IMG/VR virus record: IMGVR_UViG_3300005096_000137
Location: 32,001-96,000 of that record
Length of the DNA: 64,000 nucleotides
Direction: 5' to 3' (one strand)
DNA from: a virus
In this document: positions 21,332 through 29,851 of the stretch, one piece after another
Position numbering within the stretch: the stretch's first letter is position 1
Layout: each line of letters starts with the position of its first letter
Notes under the pieces: generated by a model
Told to the model about the DNA's origin: nothing
Databases searched by the model: none
What the model saw: the letters and a program-made list of their open reading frames with translations, nothing else
Made by a program: the position numbers and the translations under genes

Positions 21332-23970
21332 ATGTTTGATGACTGGATTGAATTCGACGAGCAGATGGTAGCTGATGTTGTGGCTGGTAATCTCAGACAA
21401 CGGCTTGCGTCTAACCCGCCCATTGCTATGATCCCTGACGTCCGAATGATACGTTGCTTCATCGAGGAGGAAATCAAGAATCCTAAACCTCTGTGGGAAC
21501 AGTACGATGGTCCGGTAAGCACTTATGATTTTGTTGATCCACCTTGTGCATGTCTGAGGACCATGATAGATGACCTGTGGCGGGTCATAATTGAGTCTTC
21601 ACCCGAGTCTCTGACATTTTACCGTCCAGAACCACAGCCCCAGCTAGATGGGGTTGTTGCAGGCGGGCGGATACCCGTGAGGTACACACATTTTGGCACT
21701 GATAAGTGGGGTTCCCACTGCATCGAAGTTTATCTGAAGGAGCCCAGTTAATGCCTGATGGACACAGTTTCGTGATGTTGCTCACAATGGAGCATATCAC
21801 CCGACAAGTCCTGGAATCTGGACTTAATGCCGACACCCTCCTCGACTACCTATCTAGTGGTGAGATTTCTAGACACTGGAAACTCGCCGGCAACCGGGCA
21901 GAAGCTGATATCCGGGTGTTCAAAGAAACCTCCTCCCTCGAACATGATGAGCCCATTGCTGAGTTGATTCTCTGCCAAATGGGTTGTCGCTTTGCAATTG
22001 ATATCAAGCTTAACCTAGGTGACGACCTTGTTGTGAAGCTGCTGGAAGACCACACCCCCGTTTGGCTTGAGGGTTACCTGGCTCGCTGTGACTGGTCACT
22101 CCATAAGTCCTACAAGATTGAATCTAACCGTGACCGGAATATGGCGCTAAAGAAGCAGAAGCAGGCACTTCATAAGAAGTACTCTTCGACGGGCACCTAC
22201 TACGAGTATCGAAAACACGAATCATTTATTAACCCTGAGGCGACCGAATGAACAAGCGACACTGGGAGGACCTCCCCGACAAGGGCCCACCAATCCAGGA
22301 TACCCACAGACCTAATAAGAAGCGGGGCGGTGGTAAGAAGCCCTTTGGTATCGAATGCCGGCACATTATCAGTGAGGACCACTGGTCACGGAAACAGGGT
22401 AAAACCGTTTGGAGCTGGTTTTCCAAATGGCAAGAATGGCACATGTATCAGAAATACAAATTGGAGAAAGACCGTGATCAAGCTCTCACCACCCTTACAA
22501 GAAAAGCTGGACAGGTTCAGGCACTGGGACGCTCGTACTGGGAGTACCGAAAAGCTTCTTAGTGTGATAGCCCACACCGTTGTGGGGATTTGCTTGTTGA
22601 TAGCCTCCTGGGTGTTCTTCAGCTATGTGCCTTTGAGTCTCGTCTTTGCAGTCATCATACTTTCCACGTCCTTCACGGCACTAGCGATGTTGCTTTACTG
22701 GTCATTCACAACCGTGTTCAAGTCTAAGGATCCAGAATGGTAACCTCTACGCAAAATACACTGCACAAGTTCAGGAAGTGGTACGCTCTCACTGGGGGTC
22801 TCGGAACGCTTCGTAACATTGTGGCATATTCGTTCGTGGCGTTGTGTGTCCCGTTGTATACCCTATTTGCTCTCGGTCTTGCGATAGCCATCTACAATAA
22901 TTTGGCGGAGATCATCCAGGGGCTTCTGGCGATTATACTTCCAGTGGCGTTCCTGTTATTGGGTTTGTGGTCATTCACAACCGTCTTCCCTCCAAAGGAA
23001 TCAAGATGACATTACCCTTAAAGACAGAGCTGGCGAAGTTCAAGAACTGGGACGACCAGACCAGTGCCCTTAAAACACTTCGTAGTTTGGGAGCAGGACT
23101 AATCGTTCTGGTGACGGTACTCACGGTCCTCTGGCTCCTGTACCAAGCCAGAATAGGGCTGCTCCTGATTGCAATGGCAGCCCTTATGACCTGTGCAATC
23201 ATTGGTGGTGGCGTCTGTATCCTCTACCTGATTGGCTGGGCGTTCAAAACCATCTATGCGATAATGTTCCCTGAAGGTCTGGGGGTCGAGGACGAGGACG
23301 AGGACGATTATGAATCTCATGCTGACTGGGTACGTCGAGATATGGAGCTGTAGATGAGCAGAACGAATAGAGGTGAGAAGGGTCCAGGCTACGATTATTG
23401 GACGAGCCGGTTACCCGGACCCTGTGGGATGATACCCGGACGCCAGACAAAGAAGTGGACGGCTCGACACGAGCGACGTAAAGACAAAGACAAATGCCGA
23501 GACCCTGAGGAGGTTGATGATGTCGGAGGCGAGAGACCACCTGATGACAGTGATTGACACCTACCGGTTCTGTGAAGATGCCTGCGGCTGGTTTATGATC
23601 ACCATACCTCTATGGGCTATAGCCGTCGGTTTGTCTGTGGTAGTCAATGAGGTGTATGCGTGGCAAAGCAGATAATCTGGGACCTCCTGATGGTTAGTCT
23701 CTCAGTCACAGCGTTCGTGCTTGCCCTAAACCTAGTCATAGCAATGAGTTACGTTATATTCGACGCTTTCATACAATGGATGGTATAATGGTACAGAAGC
23801 CTAAAGGACGTGAACACCATCCCAGTGACAGACCCTGGATGAAGTGGGTCAAGATATTCAGCAATCGGAAAGACCGACAGGCAACAAAACAGAAGATTCA
23901 TCACGAAGAGTACGAAGATATCCCTAAAGACCAGCCAACCAAAACGGAAGACCCGTGGGGTTGGGACTAA
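21332..23970 (+). CDS. series of hypothetical ORFs including three related small membrane proteins (about 22430-23353) and small basic proteins
   Basis: ORF track; hydrophobic segments with shared W(S/A)FxT motif. Confidence 0.5.
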
Positions 23971-23985
23971 CCAAAGGAGACCCTA

Positions 23986-24711
23986 ATGGGACTTATCACT
24001 GACTTTCTTGCGAACGCTACGAGTATTGACACCACCCCTGAGATCACCGCGTTGGACCGCACTGTGGTGAAGGAGTTGAATGCCGCCATCAGTCGGGGCG
24101 ACCCCAACCTACAACCTGCCCTAGAGGGTACTAACGAGGTTCAAGCGCTGGCTCAGTATGCTGTGAATCACTCTGGAGGTACATTTGCCCTCTTGGTCAC
24201 ACTCGCGAACGGTGAATCGGTTACAACAGCAGCCATTGCCTTTGGTGCTGATGCTGCCACAATTGAAGCGGCGATTGACACTGCTGCCAATGGTAATATC
24301 ACCGGGTGGGTTGATGGCGATATCTCGATTGCTGGTGGTCCACTCACAGCAGCCGCCGCATCCGTGACCTATGATGGGGTATCAGTATCAGACACTAACC
24401 AGGTGTTGATCACCTTGGATGGCGCACTATTAACGGGCGGGACCACAGCCTCGCCTGCTACGACGATCACCACAGAAGGTCAAAGTGCCCGGCGTGCTTG
24501 GGGTGTTTTGGTAGTTCTGGGCATCATTGATATCAGTGAAGTTCCCGCCCAAGGCGTGGATCCAGGTATTCTGACTCTGGTCACAGCTCCCGGAGACAAT
24601 TCATACTACCCAACCGCAGCCACGATTCGTGCCCTGGCAGACGAGGTAGGTATCACAGATGATAGTGTTGCAGCTCGGGACGCAGTCTTGCGGGCAGCAA
24701 AGCTCCTGTAA
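23986..24711 (+). CDS. putative virion/structural-type protein
   Basis: EVQ...GGTFAL...TTAAIAFGADAATIEAAI motif typical of phage tail/structural domains; Ala/Thr/Gly rich; AAAGGAG RBS. Confidence 0.5.
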   Translation: MGLITDFLANATSIDTTPEITALDRTVVKELNAAISRGDPNLQPALEGTNEVQALAQYAVNHSGGTFALLVTLANGESVTTAAIAFGADAATIEAAIDTAANGNITGWVDGDISIAGGPLTAAAASVTYDGVSVSDTNQVLITLDGALLTGGTTASPATTITTEGQSARRAWGVLVVLGIIDISEVPAQGVDPGILTLVTAPGDNSYYPTAATIRALADEVGITDDSVAARDAVLRAAKLL

Positions 24712-24719
24712 CAGTTAAG

Positions 24720-24791
24720 GCGACGTTGGTGTTAATGGTAGCATGACTGGTTTCCAACCAATTGGTGAGAGTTCAAATCCCTCACGTCGCA
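24720..24791 (+). tRNA. tRNA-Gly (TCC)
   Basis: acceptor gcgacgt/acgtcgc, loop ttTCCaa. Confidence 0.75.
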
Positions 24792-24795
24792 CTTT

Positions 24796-24877
24796 ACCGT
24801 CACGGTGTAACCGGCATCACACTAGATAGTACCTATAGGGCTATCTGGAGGAATGGGTTCGGGTCCCGAGGGCGGTA
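24796..24877 (+). ncRNA. tRNA-like RNA with elongated anticodon arm
   Basis: accgtc/ggcggt acceptor, ctagatag/ctatctgg extended arm, T-like loop. Confidence 0.5.
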
Positions 24878-24881
24878 CTTT

Positions 24882-24956
24882 GCCGTAGTGGTGTAAATGG
24901 CACAGCATACCAGGGCGTCCACCCTGGAGGCATGGGTTCGATTCCTGGGTGCGGCA
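24882..24956 (+). ncRNA. tRNA-like RNA with 8-nt anticodon loop
   Basis: gccgta/tgcggc acceptor, ccagg-gcgtccac-cctgg, ttcgatt T-loop. Confidence 0.55.
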
Positions 24957-24967
24957 CTTTGAGTTTT

Positions 24968-25072
24968 GCAGCGGTGGTGTAAAAGTGATCTAGGGAGGCC
25001 TCTCTAGGTACCATAGGTGAACATTACTGGGTTAGATACCCGGAGATGGGGGTTCGACTCCCCCACGCGGCG
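24968..25072 (+). ncRNA. tRNA-like RNA with hairpin inserted in D loop (copy 1)
   Basis: cloverleaf with ctaggga-ggcc-tctctag insert; T arm gggggttcgactccccc. Confidence 0.6.
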
Positions 25073-25083
25073 CTTCGAGTTTT

Positions 25084-25187
25084 GCAGCGGTAGTGGAAAA
25101 GTGATCCCGGAAGGCCTTCTGGGGTCCCATAGGTAACATTCCAGGCCTTTTAGCCTGGCGACAGGGGTTCGAGTCCCCTACGCTGCA
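25084..25187 (+). ncRNA. tRNA-like RNA with hairpin inserted in D loop (copy 2)
   Basis: cccggaa-ggcc-ttctggg insert; ccagg-ccttttag-cctgg; T arm aggggttcgagtcccct. Confidence 0.6.
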
Positions 25188-25189
25188 CT

Positions 25190-25260
25190 GTAGCTATGGT
25201 GTATTTGGCCTGCACAAGCCCTGCGAATGTCTAGGAGATGGTTCAAATCCTCTAGTCACT
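25190..25260 (+). tRNA. degenerate tRNA (loop ctGCGaa, Arg-like)
   Basis: D and T loop remnants, poorly paired stems. Confidence 0.3.
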
Positions 25261-25271
25261 CCATATTCCTC

Positions 25272-25300
25272 TTGACTGTCAACGAATTCAAGGTTATACT
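25272..25300 (+). promoter_or_regulatory. sigma70-like promoter
   Basis: TTGACT-17 nt-TATACT. Confidence 0.75.
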
Positions 25301-25306
25301 AGAAGC

Positions 25307-25468
25307 TCACGGCTTAAAGGTGTTGTCTGAGAAATGACACGCGCCCGCAACGTGCGGGTGCCATTTTATGAATCAGGACTTAAAGTGCCGCGATGGTGGC
25401 ACTCCACCAGAATAAACCTGGTGGTGTCACGTGGACCCAGGTTGTCGTGCATCGCATCGTGGGTCCGC
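25307..25468 (+). ncRNA. candidate multi-hairpin ncRNA
   Basis: four GC-rich hairpins between the promoter and tRNA-Pro. Confidence 0.45.
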
Positions 25469-25471
25469 TAC

Positions 25472-25545
25472 CTGGATGTAGCTCAGTTTGGTAGAGCGGG
25501 TGGTTTGGGACCATCAGGCCGGAGGTTCGAGTCCTCTCATTCAGA
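25472..25545 (+). tRNA. tRNA-Pro (TGG)
   Basis: canonical cloverleaf, ggtgg-ttTGGga-ccatc. Confidence 0.9.
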
Positions 25546-25620
25546 CTTAGCTGACCTGCCATGTGTAGGTTCAGTAACGGTACCGTCAGGTGGCGGTACC
25601 AGCCTTTAACGGAGATCACA

Positions 25621-26034
25621 ATGAGACGACTTTTGATGCTGTTGGCTGTTGCTACGTTTACCTTGGTTCTCAGTGATATTGCTGAAGCTCGCCGGGCGCC
25701 CCATTCGGGTTCCCGACATAATTCCATCGAGTCCTTTCAACACTCCTCCCGAGACCATTCCAGCCGGCACCAGTGGTATCCACACTACCAACGCCATCAA
25801 TCCCGACATAATCAACCCCACCGTCCCCACTACCAGCATCAAGAACGTCATCAGTCCAGGCGTCACCACTATCGACCTTACCAGTATCATAGACCACTGG
25901 TTATTGCAAATCCCTATTTCCAATCCCAAGGGTCCTTCTTCCCTAGTGGTGTGCTTGCACCTCGGGGACCCCAGTTGATTGAGAATCCCTACTACCCAGA
26001 CTGGATTCCGTGGAACACCTGGTTCAGGTTCTAA
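25621..26034 (+). CDS. secreted His/Arg-rich low-complexity protein
   Basis: Sec signal MRRLLMLLAVATFTLVLSDIAEA; GGAG RBS. Confidence 0.6.
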   Translation: MRRLLMLLAVATFTLVLSDIAEARRAPHSGSRHNSIESFQHSSRDHSSRHQWYPHYQRHQSRHNQPHRPHYQHQERHQSRRHHYRPYQYHRPLVIANPYFQSQGSFFPSGVLAPRGPQLIENPYYPDWIPWNTWFRF

Positions 26035-26214
26035 ATGAGAGACTGTCAATTTACAATCAAAGGTTGGTTCATGATTGTTCTGACGTTTGCCATCGGGTTT
26101 ATGTTCGGGCGGTATGAACACATGATAGCCGAGGTGTTGGAATGCCTGTTATCAATACTCTGGCATCATGTTTACCAGTATACGGATGGTGTGGCCTATG
26201 GGATGCCCGTATGA

Positions 26215-26306
26215 GGGTGGTGTTCCCAACGTTGGACTGTAAATCCAGCGTCCTTTAATCATGTTGGGAAGCATTGGGACAGGGGGTGCGATTCCCTCAC
26301 TGCCCA
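26215..26306 (+). tRNA. non-canonical tRNA-Tyr (GTA) lacking D arm
   Basis: gggtggt/actgccc acceptor, A73, ttgga-ctGTAaa-tccag, enlarged variable arm. Confidence 0.6.
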
Positions 26307-26327
26307 CTTAACGAACGGAGAGTTGAG

Positions 26328-26964
26328 ATGGCGAAGTCAAAGTCAAAGTCAAAGTCAGAGTCAGAGTCGAAGTCGAAGTCGAAGTCGAAGTCGAAGTCAG
26401 CGGACGAGGCAAAGTCGAAGTTTCAAGTCATAGTGCAGCAGCGTGGTGTTCGCGTCCAAGTCTCAGAAGTTGAGGCGACCACTGAAGAGGAAGCTCTGGA
26501 GCTGGTATTGGCCCGCAACGTTGCAGTCCAACTGGTCTCAGATGTATTCGAGCCAACGGATGGGCATGAGACGGAGGTTGAAGAATGCCAAGATTCAGAC
26601 TCGAACGAGCCGAAACCGGAATCCGACACACCACCCACGAAGTCACCGCGCAAACCAAAGAAGAAGCCGAAGACCTAATCTCCGATGATTTCGATGGCAC
26701 CATGGTGTCCGAGTACTTCAAGCAGTATGACTGTGAGAATGGGGACATCGAAGAAATCCCAATGGAGACAGACTGATGCCTGAGTACACCATCTATAAGG
26801 GGAAAGTGGGCGTTTACAAGCAAGTATTCCGTGTCCATGCTAAGAACTCTGAGGAAGCAGACGCCTTGGTGGGCGCTGGTAATGCAGGTCCACCTGTGTC
26901 AGAGTACTTTGTCTGTGATGGCGGGCAAGTATTTACTTTCAACGAACCACCGGAGACAGACTGA
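26328..26964 (+). CDS. three small related ORFs (26328-26678 with SK repeat, 26585-26776, 26776-26964)
   Basis: shared VxAxxxEEAxxL motif; hexamer repeat agtc(a/g)(a/g) at about 26334-26400. Confidence 0.5.
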
Positions 26965-27419
26965 TGCCTGCCTGTGATTCTAAAGACCGTCAACCAGTGC
27001 CCTTAAAAGAGGAACCACCACTGTCTGTTTTGGTGGTGTTGGGACTCAGCGTGGTGGGGCTTGGAGTCATCTTCCTACCAATAGTGATATTTGCTGTCCG
27101 GACCATGTTTAGATTGACTTGCCAAAATTGGTTCGATGTGTGGACATTGTTCTACTATTAACGAAATTCCCTGGATCCGGAGAACGAAGAGTGATTTGGA
27201 AATTGAAACAATTGCTGCCCCTCTCATACTGGACGACGTACAGAACAGGGTCTGGTGAGAAGCGGTTTGCAATTTGGCGAATGTGGTTTGGACGTTGCTT
27301 CGATGTGACGGACGTCCGTGTCTAATTCTGCAATAAACAGAAAGGACAAACCAATTCCACCATGGTGGGACGTTGCTGTGGGCAGCGGTACAAGTGTGAC
27401 ATTCACACTCCCCAGACAT

Positions 27420-27494
27420 CAGGTCGGTAAGCTTAAATTGGATAAAGCACTTGGTAGCTCCAAGGTTACGGAGGTTCGAGTCCTCCCCACCTGA
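27420..27494 (+). ncRNA. tRNA-like RNA with 5-nt anticodon loop
   Basis: D arm, cttgg-tagct-ccaag, perfect T arm ggaggttcgagtcctcc. Confidence 0.5.
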
Positions 27495-27499
27495 CTTAT

Positions 27500-27575
27500 T
27501 GTGCAGCAGCTTAAACCTGGTTCAAGCGACCACCTATCTGGTGGCTGAGTGGGGGTTCAAATCCACCCTGCACGT
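27500..27575 (+). ncRNA. tRNA-like RNA with atypical anticodon loop (ctATCtg)
   Basis: tgtgcag/ctgcacg acceptor, D and T loops. Confidence 0.5.
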
Positions 27576-27580
27576 CTCAT

Positions 27581-27655
27581 CGGACAGTGGCCAAGCCTGG
27601 TTAAGGCGTCTGCCTGATACGCAGAAGACCGGTGGTTCAAATCCATCCTGTCCGA
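27581..27655 (+). tRNA. tRNA-Ile (GAT)
   Basis: cggacag/ctgtccg, tctgc-ctGATac-gcaga. Confidence 0.85.
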
Positions 27656-27660
27656 CTTAG

Positions 27661-27734
27661 TGTGTAGTCGTTTAGATCTGGGAACAAGACACTCCGCATG
27701 TAGTAGAGAAGGGGTTCAAGCCCTCCCTACACAG
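27661..27734 (+). ncRNA. degenerate tRNA-like element
   Basis: tgtgtag/ctacaca acceptor, ggttcaag T-loop. Confidence 0.35.
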
Positions 27735-27758
27735 CCCTCAACTCTGAAAGGTAATGCA

Positions 27759-28133
27759 ATGCCAAAACTCAAGTTCAAATTCCATCCGCAGATTGTCAAA
27801 GACAAGAACGAGAAGAAAGACTTTATTGTCTACTTTGGCTCAAAGTTCTGAGGACCTTGTACTAAGATGGCTCCCCGTGTGGAAGCTATGGCAAAGACAC
27901 ATATTGTCTACAAGTTCTTGATGGAATCCAAGGATGAACCCACAAAGGCATTTATCAAAGCACTCCAGGTCCAGGGCGTACCCGTAATTCGGGTATTCAA
28001 AAACGGAACACCCATCGAGAGACGGTTCCCAGGTATTCAGGAGATAAAGGTGGTGCTGAAAGGTGTGAAAACCCGGAAGTCCCAAGAGAATTCAGACGGC
28101 TGGAATTGGCCGGACTGGTTGAAACTGTGGTAA
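27759..28133 (+). CDS. thioredoxin with in-frame TGA at the catalytic position (UGPC; candidate selenoprotein), 124 aa
   Basis: GAAAGG RBS, ATG 27759; IVYFGSKF-TGA(27849-51)-GPCTKMAP...GVPVIRVFKNG in one frame. Confidence 0.8.
27867..27889 (+). promoter_or_regulatory. SECIS-like hairpin
   Basis: atggct..cc-GTGT-gg.agctat, apical loop begins with G about 25 nt after the UGA. Confidence 0.5.
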
Positions 28134-28245
28134 GTAGTTAGGTTTCTAGGGTACCCGCCTCGGCCTTGAAGCCACAGTTCAAATTCATTCCATAACAGAG
28201 GAGACTAGGGTAAATGTTCTGTTTGAGGTTTGTTTACAATTACCA

Positions 28246-28299
28246 ATGAAACGAGGAACACCACAATGCGATTTACGTGAATGTAGAGGTCCCCCTTAG
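28246..28299 (+). CDS. putative leader peptide MKRGTPQCDLRECRGPP
   Basis: 17-codon ORF ending RGPP-stop 45 nt upstream of the next gene. Confidence 0.4.
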   Translation: MKRGTPQCDLRECRGPP

Positions 28300-28344
28300 G
28301 GTTGTTGTCCATACCCTTCCATTCCTTTTTGAAAGTACTGAACA

Positions 28345-28716
28345 ATGACTAATCAAAGTGAGACCAATTCTATGACCAACGACGACACTCGACGCGACCT
28401 TTTTAGCCCATACCGACGTCAGTTCCTGAAAGTGAAAATCAAGTCACTCTCTGAGGAATCCCGTATCATTAGGGCGGAAGAAAAGAAGGTGGCCAACGTT
28501 TATCTAATGGGTCAATTGCATTGGCATCGTACCAACGATGTCCGTATTGAGTCCCGGGCAGCTCAACTTGCCTATGGCTACCTTCGAGGGAAGACCCTCA
28601 AGCAAGTGGAGAAATCCGCCGATCGACCCGAATGGGTGGATAAGCGGGCTATTTCCATTGTAAAGAAGTTTGGCCGCCTTGAAGCCCGTGAGGGTTTTGT
28701 GGAGTGGCTTAAATAA
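28345..28716 (+). CDS. basic hypothetical phage protein
   Basis: LKVKIKSLSEESRIIR...RAAQLAYGYLRG. Confidence 0.65.
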   Translation: MTNQSETNSMTNDDTRRDLFSPYRRQFLKVKIKSLSEESRIIRAEEKKVANVYLMGQLHWHRTNDVRIESRAAQLAYGYLRGKTLKQVEKSADRPEWVDKRAISIVKKFGRLEAREGFVEWLK

Positions 28717-28726
28717 CCTGAAGACC

Positions 28727-28798
28727 GCGCGAGAGGCAACATGGTGTTGCGGCGGGCTTTCAATCCCGTTCTGGTGGGTTCGATCCCCATCTCGCGGT
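28727..28798 (+). tRNA. atypical tRNA, 8-nt loop CUUUCAAU (Glu UUC or opal-reading UCA)
   Basis: cgcgag/ctcgcg acceptor, 5-6 bp D stem, gcggg/cccgt anticodon stem, canonical T arm. Confidence 0.55.
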
Positions 28799-29024
28799 TT
28801 CAATTTCACCACCACCACCAATCTATGGAGAATGGATCATGTTTCTTAGACTACGTATTGGCATTCTTAACCTCCGGGTTAACCGCTTGGCGAGACGAGT
28901 TATGCGTCTTAGCAAACGATTTGACCGTCTTGACATCCGTATGGAACGTTTACAAGATAAGTTGAACGCTAAGCAAGCACGTAAGAAAGCCAAGTGTTGC
29001 GATCACGACTGTAAGTAATGACTA

Positions 29025-29198
29025 ATTGACCGCTGGAGTGGCATGACACATTTCATGCTGACGAGACGTATTCTCGCCTCCGGGAGCCTAAATCACACCG
29101 TGTATACAAGTCACCCCTGTGTCATCTGGGGTGGCAGGGTCGCTTCTCTCAACGACACATTGAGCTGAGGTACGGGGTTAGTGAAGCCAGCGGTCGAT
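29025..29198 (+). ncRNA. candidate structured ncRNA (about 175 nt)
   Basis: 12-bp closing helix attgaccgctgg/ccagcggtcgat enclosing 4 hairpins. Confidence 0.55.
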
Positions 29199-29220
29199 TT
29201 TATATACATAGGATGTCTGT

Positions 29221-29454
29221 ATGCGGAAACTTCGCAAACAACCAACTGCTTTCCTCAATCCTTGGAATCAAGGCTTTGAGGTCGGAGACCGGGCATACAC
29301 TTTTGTGGCTGGTGGCTATCACATATACGATTTAGTCGAGAGTCGCGGTCAGAATAAACGGGATGCAGGTGAACTTACTCCAACCTGTGTGAAGAAGAAT
29401 GGGTATCCACGTCGTGCTATCAAGCAAGGTGGTGTGTGGTACTGGGAAGACTAA
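29221..29454 (+). CDS. hypothetical protein
   Basis: 77-aa ORF with AGGA RBS. Confidence 0.5.
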   Translation: MRKLRKQPTAFLNPWNQGFEVGDRAYTFVAGGYHIYDLVESRGQNKRDAGELTPTCVKKNGYPRRAIKQGGVWYWED

Positions 29455-29527
29455 TCCTAGGTAGCTCAACTGGAAGAGCGGGTGGCTGTTAACCACCAGG
29501 TTGCAAGTTCGATCCTTGCTCTAGGAG
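29455..29527 (+). tRNA. tRNA-Asn (GTT)
   Basis: canonical, ggtgg-ctGTTaa-ccacc, G73. Confidence 0.9.
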
Positions 29528-29596
29528 CTTCAAGGTGATTTAATGGTAAAGTGGACCCACAGCAGAGAATTGGGTTCAAATTCTACCCTTGATAAT

Positions 29597-29668
29597 GCCA
29601 CTGTGGCAGAATGGTTATGCACCTGTTTTGTAAACAGGATTATGTGGGTTCGAGTCCCACCGGTGGCC
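29597..29668 (+). tRNA. tRNA-Thr (TGT)
   Basis: canonical, cctgt-ttTGTaa-acagg. Confidence 0.9.
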
Positions 29669-29782
29669 CTATGTGCAACCCCAGGGATAGTATCCTTGGG
29701 CCTAATGCCTCCCTTGCGGGAGGTGTTTCTTGAGTCCTTCGTGGCTCATACTGATGGGGTCCTCCGTGGCTCTTAATAATTT

Positions 29783-29811
29783 ACCCCTAGTTCTTCGGAA
29801 CTAGGGGTTTT
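29783..29811 (+). terminator. intrinsic terminator
   Basis: acccctagttc-ttcg-gaactaggggt followed by T-tract. Confidence 0.85.
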
Positions 29812-29815
29812 CTGC

Positions 29816-29844
29816 TTGCCCTACCTGGCAATTTAGATTAGAAT
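29816..29844 (+). promoter_or_regulatory. sigma70-like promoter (probably leaderless mRNA)
   Basis: TTGCCC-17 nt-TAGAAT, ATG 7 nt downstream, no RBS. Confidence 0.55.
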
Positions 29845-29851
29845 AGAGTTT

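Noticed and set aside
25621-26034. Host assignment from the style of the secreted His/Arg-rich protein and Tat proteins
   Set aside because: Suggestive only; the host cannot be determined without database searches
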